A stretch of DNA of 13,089 nt from Candidatus Hadarchaeota archaeon (GTDB taxonomy: Archaea; CAYQAE01; CAYVLA01), in the NCBI GenBank assembly GCA_964452145.1, contig CAYVLA010000088.1, forward strand, positions 1-13,089, in the 5' to 3' direction. How positions within the stretch are numbered: the first letter of the stretch is position 1; the number at the start of each line of letters is the position of its first letter. This document shows, one piece after another, positions 6,833 through 13,089 of the stretch. The notes beneath the pieces were generated by a model, which saw nothing but the letters and a program-made list of their open reading frames with translations, did no database searches and was not told the DNA's origin. The translations under genes and the position numbers were made by a program.

Positions 6833-7765
6833 TCACTCCCTCCATCTGCCAAGGACCAGGCTTAACAGCGCCATCCGAACCACCAGACCATAGAAGGCCT
6901 GCTTGAAGTATCGAGCATGAGGCGTTCTGTCCACATCGGGAAGGATCTCATCGACCCTGGGGAGCGGGTGCATCACTATCATCCTCTTCTTTGCCCCGGA
7001 CAGCATCGACGCTGAAAGCGAATATGCTCCCCGCATCCTCTCATACTCGGTCGGGTCCGGGAAGCGTTCCTTCTGTATCCGGGTCATGTAGACAACATCT
7101 GAGGTCTCAATGACCTCCGTGAGACTCGAGGTCTCTTTGACTCTCAGCCCCCTTTCCTCGAGATCGGATACCACCTCGGCGGGCATCTTCAGTGGGGGAG
7201 GCGAGACTAACGTGAGCTGCACGTTGAACATGGTCAAAGCATAGCTGAGCGAGTGAACGGTTCTGCCGTACTTCAGGTCCCCGACCAGGGCGATGCTGAG
7301 CCCGTCCAGGGTGCCCAGTTCCCTCTTGATCGTATACAGATCCAGCAGGGACTGGGTGGGGTGCTGGCGGGTTCCGTCCCCTGCGTTGATCACGGGCTTT
7401 GAGGACACGTCTGCTGCCAACCTTGCCGCTCCCTCCTTCGTGCTGCGCAAGACGATGACATCGCAGTAGTTCTCAACAACACGTACCGTATCTGACAGGC
7501 TTTCGCCTTTGGCTGCGGAGGATGTCTCGCCGCTGGCAAATCCAGTGACCGAACCTCCCAGTCGCATCATGGCCGAGCTGAAGCTCAGACGCGTACGGGT
7601 GCTAGGCTCGAAGAAGAGATTGCATAGGATGTAGCCCGAAAGGAGGTCCGACTTCTTCGTGCCAGAGGCAATCGGTTCAAAACTGTCCGATGCCCTGAGG
7701 ATTTGCTCCACTTCGGCTCTCGTGAAGTCTTGAAGATCGATTACGTCCCTCCCGACGAAGCCCAT
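6833..7765 (-). CDS. pyrB: Aspartate carbamoyltransferase catalytic chain, 310 aa (start ATG 7765)
   Basis: FFEPSTRTR, KGESLSDT, NAGDG..QHPTQ, GDLKYGRTVHSL, TRIQKER and MHPLPR motifs. Confidence 0.98.
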   Translation of the reverse strand: MGFVGRDVIDLQDFTRAEVEQILRASDSFEPIASGTKKSDLLSGYILCNLFFEPSTRTRLSFSSAMMRLGGSVTGFASGETSSAAKGESLSDTVRVVENYCDVIVLRSTKEGAARLAADVSSKPVINAGDGTRQHPTQSLLDLYTIKRELGTLDGLSIALVGDLKYGRTVHSLSYALTMFNVQLTLVSPPPLKMPAEVVSDLEERGLRVKETSSLTEVIETSDVVYMTRIQKERFPDPTEYERMRGAYSLSASMLSGAKKRMIVMHPLPRVDEILPDVDRTPHARYFKQAFYGLVVRMALLSLVLGRWRE

Positions 7766-7795
7766 GGCCACACCGCTGCTGGTACAGACAATGCA

Positions 7796-7803
7796 CATAA
7801 AAA
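7796..7803 (-). promoter_or_regulatory. Putative TATA box of the pyrB-pyrI-pyrF-DUF3795 operon; may double as the oligo-T terminator of the histone gene
   Basis: TTTTTATG on the minus strand, 31-38 nt upstream of the pyrB ATG and about 57 nt downstream of the histone stop. Confidence 0.5.
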
Positions 7804-7859
7804 GATTAGCGGCCTTCCAAGGCCCCGAAACTGGCCCATTTCTCAGGCCCAGCCTCGCC

Positions 7860-8069
7860 TTACTTGTATTTGGTGGCCAGACGGATGTCCTCCGCGACCA
7901 CGGTCTTCCTGCCTGCGTGCTTGGCCAAGAGCACGGCCCGCTGGGCGATTCGAGTACCCTCGTCCTCCATCAGTTCCGCCAACGCCCGGACGCCATCGGC
8001 CCCGACCCGGTCGATGTTGGCGTTGTCCTTAACCACGCGTTTGACAGCGGCAAGCGGAAGAATCCCCAA
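7860..8069 (-). CDS. Archaeal histone (HMf/HTk family), 69 aa, start TTG 8069
   Basis: MGILPLAAVKRVVK...RV...LAKHAGRKTV.AEDI.LA histone-fold signature; strong GAGGTGA Shine-Dalgarno 4 nt upstream of the TTG. Confidence 0.95.
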   Translation of the reverse strand: MGILPLAAVKRVVKDNANIDRVGADGVRALAELMEDEGTRIAQRAVLLAKHAGRKTVVAEDIRLATKYK

Positions 8070-8073
8070 ATAC

Positions 8074-8080
8074 TCACCTC
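8074..8080 (-). promoter_or_regulatory. Shine-Dalgarno sequence of the histone gene
   Basis: GAGGTGA, matching the archaeal anti-SD consensus. Confidence 0.8.
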
Positions 8081-8163
8081 TGGCCTGCGAACCCGCTACG
8101 AGGCTCCAGCCATCTTCCGGGGCAAAAAAGACGAATCTCAAGACTGTTTTCGTGCATGTCTGC

Positions 8164-8171
8164 CTTAAAAA
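8164..8171 (-). promoter_or_regulatory. Putative TATA box of the histone gene
   Basis: TTTTTAAG on the minus strand; canonical spacing predicts a start site near 8141 and a leader of about 70 nt. Confidence 0.5.
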
Positions 8172-8200
8172 TGTTAGATCGGTGGATCGAGACCTATTTC

Positions 8201-8227
8201 AGGACTTTCAGCTTCAAAGGACTTTCA
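8201..8227. repeat. Perfect 10-bp direct repeat AGGACTTTCA x2 (8201-8210, 8218-8227)
   Basis: Read directly from the sequence; 17-bp start-to-start spacing. Confidence 0.85.
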
Positions 8228-8240
8228 TTCTCTGCCCGAT

Positions 8241-8271
8241 GTCCCCAATTCATAGCATGGGGGCTTTCTTT
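8241..8271 (+). terminator. Terminator-like hairpin followed by a U-rich tract
   Basis: GTCCCCA-(10 nt loop)-TGGGGGC forms a 7-bp stem with one G-U pair, followed by TTTCTTT. Confidence 0.35.
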
Positions 8272-8301
8272 GCGATGTCCAGGGAGGTCTAATCGTCTGT
8301 T

Positions 8302-8315
8302 GAAAAAGTTAAGAA
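8302..8315 (+). promoter_or_regulatory. Putative BRE/TATA for pyrC-thioredoxin (leaderless)
   Basis: GAAAAA-GTTAAGAA, 24-31 nt upstream of GTG 8339. Confidence 0.55.
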
Positions 8316-8338
8316 TCAGGACGGTAGCTGTCGGGGCT

Positions 8339-9673
8339 GTGAGGTCGCAGGCGCCCGCGGACGTTATCGTTAGGGGTTCTCGTCTGGTCACCGGAAAGGG
8401 GGTCGTGAGGGCGGATATCGCCATCGACGAAGGCAGGATAGTGAAGGTCGGAAGGGCAGCATCGATGCCGGCCTCGGACAGGGTCATCGAGATCCCCTCT
8501 TCGTCCTTGATCCTGCCCGGGATCGTTGACGTTCACGCGCATCTTCGTGACCTCGAGCTTGTTCACAAGGGGGATTTCGAATCCGAGACCCAGGCCGCGG
8601 CCGCAGGCGGGGTCACGTTTGTGGTCGACATGCCGAACTCCAAGCCACCGACCCTGACGGCGATGTCTTTTGAGAGCAAGAAGAGGATCGCCCAGGGCAG
8701 GGCGTCGGTGGATTTCGGTCTGAATATGGGCGTGCAGAGAAACGAGGAAGAGCTGGGCGCCGTTGTTGAGAACATCGCCTATGGCGAGATCTTCGTGGGG
8801 CCTTCGACGGAGGGTGCCATGATAGGTTATCCGGAACTTAAACGCGCACTGCGAGTAGTATCCGCAACCGGCAAGGTCGCTTGCATCCACGCAGAGGATC
8901 CCGCGCTGTTCAAGAAAGACCTACCTTCCGCGAACTACGACCACACCCGGGCCAGGCCTCCCGAGTCCGAGCATCTGGCGGTCTCCAAGGTCCTTGCGAC
9001 AAACCGGGACATAGGCGCGAGGCTGCACTTCTGCCATATCTCCACCAGGGAAAGCCTGGTCGAGATAGGTAGGTATCGATCGGCCGGCATGCAGTTGACC
9101 TGCGAGGTAACTCCTCACCACCTGATTCTGTCCCGTGAAGTCTACGAAGGAGTTGGGCCGATTGCCAAGATGAACCCTCCACTGAGGGATAGCTCCCATG
9201 TTGCGTCGATGTCGGATGGTGTAAGGTCCGGGCTGATCGACATCATAGCGTCGGATCATGCGCCCCATGCGCTGGAGGAGAAGCTCGTCGGAGAGCCCGA
9301 TGCCCCATCCGGCGTCCCGGGCTTCGAGACATTTGCGGCCGCAGTCCTTACGCATTTCGAGATGAAGGGACTGGCACCGCCTGTCTTCGTTCGTATGACC
9401 AGGCTGGCCCCCTCCAAGATATTCAACATTCCGGGCAAGGGCATCGCGCCGGGCAGCGACGCTGATCTGATGGTGGTGAGCAGGGAGAAAAGGGCGGTCA
9501 GGGCCGACACATTCCTATCCAAAGGGAGGTATTCCCCGTTCGAAGGCATGCAGCTGAGGTACTGGCCCATAATGACCCTTTTGCGCGGGGAAGTCATTCT
9601 GGAGGATGGAGAGATCACTTTAAGAAACCGTGGCCGCTTTGTCCCCTCGGGAAGTATTAGACATGGCGGATGA
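8339..9673 (+). CDS. pyrC: Dihydroorotase (long type, amidohydrolase superfamily), about 444 aa; start GTG 8339 inferred
   Basis: DVHAHLRD (HxHxR), DMPNSKP, IHAED, HFCHIST, CEVTPHHL, KMNPPLR, ASDHAPH and GVPGFET motifs; pyr cluster context. Confidence 0.92.
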   Translation: MRSQAPADVIVRGSRLVTGKGVVRADIAIDEGRIVKVGRAASMPASDRVIEIPSSSLILPGIVDVHAHLRDLELVHKGDFESETQAAAAGGVTFVVDMPNSKPPTLTAMSFESKKRIAQGRASVDFGLNMGVQRNEEELGAVVENIAYGEIFVGPSTEGAMIGYPELKRALRVVSATGKVACIHAEDPALFKKDLPSANYDHTRARPPESEHLAVSKVLATNRDIGARLHFCHISTRESLVEIGRYRSAGMQLTCEVTPHHLILSREVYEGVGPIAKMNPPLRDSSHVASMSDGVRSGLIDIIASDHAPHALEEKLVGEPDAPSGVPGFETFAAAVLTHFEMKGLAPPVFVRMTRLAPSKIFNIPGKGIAPGSDADLMVVSREKRAVRADTFLSKGRYSPFEGMQLRYWPIMTLLRGEVILEDGEITLRNRGRFVPSGSIRHGG

Positions 9674-10070
9674 GATCGCTGAGATACGCGAGAAAAGGAG
9701 AAGGGAGATGCTGGATAGGGCATCGGAGAAACAGGCCGTGCAGGGGCCCCCGGACGAACCCCTGGATATCGACGACGGGTCGATTGGCAAGGCGATAGCC
9801 TCGCACAATCTCCTCGTCGTGGACTGCTGGGCACCTTGGTGCGGCCCCTGCCGCATGATGTCCCCCATCATCGACCAACTTGCCAGGAAACACAAGGGCA
9901 GGATCACGTTCGGCAAGCTCAACGTTGACCACAATCCGGACACGGCTGCCAAGTACCAGATCATGAGCATTCCGGCCCTGCTTGTGTTCAAGCAGGGAAA
10001 GCATGTCGACACGATCATCGGAGCCATGCCCGCAGCGCAGGTTGAGTCCAGACTGGTCAGGTACCTCTAG
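9663..10070 (+). CDS. trxA: Thioredoxin with a charged N-terminal helical extension, 135 aa
   Basis: DCWAPWCGPC active site, KLNVD and SIP cis-Pro loop. ATG 9663 overlaps the pyrC end by 11 nt. Confidence 0.93.
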   Translation: MADEIAEIREKRRREMLDRASEKQAVQGPPDEPLDIDDGSIGKAIASHNLLVVDCWAPWCGPCRMMSPIIDQLARKHKGRITFGKLNVDHNPDTAAKYQIMSIPALLVFKQGKHVDTIIGAMPAAQVESRLVRYL

Positions 10071-10839
10071 CGATCGGTGTTCTCATCCCGCAGCTATCGA
10101 GCTTGTGAACCCCGAACTCGGTTCCCCTCAGTTCCGACCAGCGAAACACGGGCCCGTCCCTGCAGACCACATGCCTCCCAAGAGCACAGCTTCCGCACAG
10201 GCCCAGGCCACACTTAAAGTACCTTTCCACGAGCAGCTGGCATTCCCTGTGCGCTTCCTCAGCCATCCTGCCCACTTTCGCAATCATGGGTTCCGGTCCA
10301 CATGCGTAGACGCAGTCGAAGGCCTCAAACTGTGGTAGGTTCTGGGTTAACATTCCGGGACGTCCGAGGCTGCCATCGACAGTACAAATCGTGGTCTTCC
10401 CCAAGACGCTGAACTCCTCAGAAAAGACTACGTCCTCCTGGCTGTTGAATCCCAGGACGATCACAGGGGCAAGCCCACGCGACGCAAGGGCCCCTGCCAG
10501 GTGGAGCAGGGGGGATGCTCCTATCCCCCCCGCCGCCAGAAGCGGCCGTTGGAATGAGCAGTCAAAGGGACGCCCGTACGGACCACGGATGCCCAGAAGA
10601 TCGCCCGTTTTGCTGGTGGAGAGAGCCTTTGTGAAGGGCCCCACACTCTTGACCGCGATTAGAAGGTGGTCCCCCTCTACCTTGCAAACCGCCATGGGCT
10701 TCTCGTCGCTGCCATTCCACACCATTATGAACTGGCCGGGCTGGGGGATCGCGCTCAGCACATTATCCAACCTGAGAAGCCAGATGTTCCTTGCGATCTG
10801 CCTCGTATCCCTGACCCTGCTCGGGCTCGGCGTCTCCAA
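10057..10839 (-). CDS. pyrK: Dihydroorotate dehydrogenase electron-transfer subunit (FAD, [2Fe-2S]), 260 aa
   Basis: PGQFIMVW, GIRGPYG, AGGIG, ACGPEPM and CGLGLCGSC...VCRDGPVF motifs; adjacent to pyrD. Confidence 0.95.
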   Translation of the reverse strand: METPSPSRVRDTRQIARNIWLLRLDNVLSAIPQPGQFIMVWNGSDEKPMAVCKVEGDHLLIAVKSVGPFTKALSTSKTGDLLGIRGPYGRPFDCSFQRPLLAAGGIGASPLLHLAGALASRGLAPVIVLGFNSQEDVVFSEEFSVLGKTTICTVDGSLGRPGMLTQNLPQFEAFDCVYACGPEPMIAKVGRMAEEAHRECQLLVERYFKCGLGLCGSCALGRHVVCRDGPVFRWSELRGTEFGVHKLDSCGMRTPIARGT

Positions 10840-11766
10840 TCAGGCACCCCCGTGGGCAGAACCTATCAGGTCCTTGTGGGCAAGGCGGTGGTCTCGGAGG
10901 AAACGTTCGATGCCAAGCGAGACCTCCCTGAATACGCCCAGGCCCCGGTGGTAAACAGCGGATCCGATCTGGATCCATGTCGCCCCGGCTTCGATGAGTT
11001 CCACCGCATCCATTGCCGACTCTATGCCACCGACGCCGATGACGGGAATATCCACCGCCTCGAATATGTCATAAACGCACCTGACGGCGATCGGCTTGAT
11101 GCAGGGCCCGGTCAGGCCCCCCCTCTTGTTGGATAGAAATGGCCTCCTGCTCTCGATCTCCAGTGCCATGCCCGGGCCGACGCTGTTGATTGCGCAGATT
11201 GCATCAGCACCCCCTTCTTGGGCTGCCAGAGCTATGTCGTCTATCCTCTGAACATTCGGGCTGAGCTTGGCGATCACCGGCTTGTTCGTGGATCCCCTGC
11301 AATCCTTGACGATTCGCTTGACCAATCGCCGGTCAGCCCCCACCGCCAGCCCGTAAAGCTTCGAGTGAGGACAGGACAGGTTCAGTTCAAATCCATCTAC
11401 CGCCCTCTCCAGGCCCTCCACAACCGTGCAGAACTCCTTTGAGCTGGCTCCGTAGACGGATCCGATGAGCGGGACCGTGAAGGGCTCCTTGGAGATCCCT
11501 TCCTCAAGGTCGGCAGTGAAGGACTCATACCCGGGGTTGGCAAGGCCCACGGCGTTGAGGAACCCGCCTTTCACCTCGACAACTATCGGCCCGCGGTATC
11601 CCGGATTGGGTCTTGGTCCGAGAGATTTGGTAACGAGGGCGCCTGCGCCTTCGCTCTCAACCCTCTTCAGGGATCCGTAGGTCTCCCCCAGGATCCCGGC
11701 AGCGAGCATGACCGGGTTCAGAACCGCCAGCCCAGCTATGGACTCCCAAGTGCTCAATGCGACCAC
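10840..11766 (-). CDS. pyrD: Dihydroorotate dehydrogenase catalytic subunit, family 1B, 308 aa
   Basis: NPVMLAAG, VTKS, NAVGLANPG, ELNLSCPH (catalytic Cys), KLSPN, AINS, GGLTGPCIKP and IGVGGI motifs. Confidence 0.96.
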   Translation of the reverse strand: MVALSTWESIAGLAVLNPVMLAAGILGETYGSLKRVESEGAGALVTKSLGPRPNPGYRGPIVVEVKGGFLNAVGLANPGYESFTADLEEGISKEPFTVPLIGSVYGASSKEFCTVVEGLERAVDGFELNLSCPHSKLYGLAVGADRRLVKRIVKDCRGSTNKPVIAKLSPNVQRIDDIALAAQEGGADAICAINSVGPGMALEIESRRPFLSNKRGGLTGPCIKPIAVRCVYDIFEAVDIPVIGVGGIESAMDAVELIEAGATWIQIGSAVYHRGLGVFREVSLGIERFLRDHRLAHKDLIGSAHGGA

Positions 11767-13089
11767 CTAACCCTTCTTCCTCCACTTGAAGGCAATAGCT
11801 CCGACAAGAAGCGTTGCTGTTCCGTAGACCCCTACGCCGGCCAGCGAGCCAGCGGCTTCAGACAACGAGATGTCCTTGATCATGCCCGCCCTCAGGAGAT
11901 CAGCGACGTACCTCACCGGAAGCCATCCGGACGCCTGTCTGATGATGGAAGGGCTGAGTTCGAAGGGATAGAAGACCCCGGAGACGATCAGCATGATGAA
12001 GCACAGCCCGAAGGAGGCGGTCATGGCTTCCATCTCGGTCTTGCTCACGGCCGAGAGAAGGAGCCCCAGCCCCACAAAGCCGATGGAGGAGTATATGCCG
12101 AAAAGCAGGGTCTTCGGTATGCTGGCAACGTGTATCTGGAAGATCAGGATGGCGCAGGCCGTCAGAATCAGGATCTGCAAGGTGGCCAGGCCCAGGCAGA
12201 CTAGGATCTTGCCCCCGACATAGTTCCATCTGCTGAGGTTGCAGACGAATATGTGTCGCAGGATTCCCTTCTCCCTGTCCCTGACGACGCTCAGCACGGT
12301 GTACACAAGGACCGAGAAGAGGATCCCGAAGGCAAAGATGCCGGGGGAGATGTAGTCCACGTATCTCATCCTCTGGCGTCCGAAGTAGAGAGGTTCTTCG
12401 ACGAGGTATATCGGTGACGTGAGGAAGCCTTTCTCCATGCGCCCCACCGACTCGAGAAGGCTCACCGCCTCCGTCTTCAGTTGGCCGAGGTCTGCCGATT
12501 GCAGGGCGTCCCTGGCGGAGGCGATCATGACGCTCAGGTTGGCTATCTCCCCGGATTTCTGCCTCACCGTTGCCATGAGCTGTCCGGCGGCAAGGAGAAC
12601 CTCGTCTGCCTTTCTATCGATCTCCTCGGGGCTTGCATCAACCAGTTCCCGGGTCAGGCTTTCGACCAAGCTTCCCCTAAGCAAAGGCAGGGCTGCCTGC
12701 ATGATTATAGCCTGTTCGGGTGTGATTCGCGACAGGTTTGCCACGAAGGAGGACAGATCATTTGCCATATCCAACGGGATCGCATCTGATTGGTTGAGGC
12801 GTGGCTGGATGTACCTGAGAAAACCATAACAGGAGTCTAGCAGGGGTTTGGCAGCAGCGAGGCCCCTCAATGCGCCGACTATCGCCGAGCGGTCTATCAT
12901 GGACACTATGATCCTCTCCTGAGGGGTCCCATTGGCCATGATCTGCTCGAAGCCGATCTCCGCGGCATCGGCCATCGCCTCAATTGTTCCCTCGTCGACC
13001 CCTTGGAGCTTGGCGAGCACCGCGAGGACGTCGGCAACCTCGTCCCCGAGCTGTTCGCCATGAAGAAAGGAGTCAACGGTACCGAAAAT
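11767..13089 (-). CDS. ABC-2 family permease with a large helical extramembrane region; 5' end lies beyond the window
   Basis: YVDYISPG...RDREKG.L...SRWNYVGGK, SGVFYP and WLP motifs with multiple hydrophobic helices. The frame stays open from 13020 to 13089 (IFGTVDSFLHGEQLGDEVADVLA). Confidence 0.88.
   Translation of the reverse strand: MFGTVDSFLHGEQLGDEVADVLAVLAKLQGVDEGTIEAMADAAEIGFEQIMANGTPQERIIVSMIDRSAIVGALRGLAAAKPLLDSCYGFLRYIQPRLNQSDAIPLDMANDLSSFVANLSRITPEQAIIMQAALPLLRGSLVESLTRELVDASPEEIDRKADEVLLAAGQLMATVRQKSGEIANLSVMIASARDALQSADLGQLKTEAVSLLESVGRMEKGFLTSPIYLVEEPLYFGRQRMRYVDYISPGIFAFGILFSVLVYTVLSVVRDREKGILRHIFVCNLSRWNYVGGKILVCLGLATLQILILTACAILIFQIHVASIPKTLLFGIYSSIGFVGLGLLLSAVSKTEMEAMTASFGLCFIMLIVSGVFYPFELSPSIIRQASGWLPVRYVADLLRAGMIKDISLSEAAGSLAGVGVYGTATLLVGAIAFKWRKKG

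Noticed and set aside
8070..8141. Eukaryote-like N-terminal histone tail
   Set aside because: The potential extension has no lysines and is hydrophobic; the strong SD supports the 69-aa form. Kept only as a possible minor isoform.
8197..8280. Mini-CRISPR or IS-end interpretation of the intergenic repeats
   Set aside because: Repeats are only 8-10 bp in two copies, with no spacer periodicity and no cas or transposase gene.
8156..8338. 61-aa N-terminal extension of PyrC
   Set aside because: Runs through AT-rich promoter-like DNA and shows no amidohydrolase similarity.
8339..9673. Allantoinase or dihydropyrimidinase instead of dihydroorotase
   Set aside because: The HxHxR substrate-binding Arg, DHAPH motif and pyr context favour PyrC.
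4424..12829. Numerous 60-210 aa antisense or alternate-frame ORFs (e.g. 4663-5295, 8309-8890, 9256-9834, 10391-10954, 12419-12829)
   Set aside because: Shadow ORFs expected in GC-rich coding DNA; they overlap well-supported genes and carry no motifs.
1..13089. tRNA, rRNA, CRISPR, integrase/transposase or defence genes
   Set aside because: Nearly all sequence is assigned to housekeeping CDSs, and the short spacers show no such signatures by eye.

Overview
GC-rich (roughly 60% by eye) archaeal chromosomal region; the HMf-type histone, GHMP-type shikimate kinase, TATA/BRE promoters and archaeal PyrK/PyrF support this assignment. It holds two adjacent biosynthetic clusters. (1) Late aromatic amino acid pathway: tyrA (+), aroK-chorismate mutase-pheA (-) and aroC (+), with a stand-alone V4R-type gene divergent from tyrA. 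(2) De novo pyrimidine synthesis: pyrB-pyrI-pyrF plus a Cys-rich DUF3795-like gene (-), pyrC-thioredoxin (+), and ABC-2 permease-pyrD-pyrK (-), with a histone gene between pyrB and pyrC. carAB and pyrE are not in the window. I saw no rRNA, tRNA, CRISPR array or mobile element. The region is mostly housekeeping. The best leads are: a TyrA carrying an Sm/SH3-like module plus a PheT-like anticodon-binding (FDX-ACB) module; a PheA with Gly->Arg in the feedback GAL motif; a histone lacking the stacking loop-1 glycine and preceded by a structured leader; a repeat- and hairpin-rich histone/pyrC intergenic region; and a dihydroorotase with Glu where a carboxylated Lys is expected. All family calls come from motif recognition, not from database searches.
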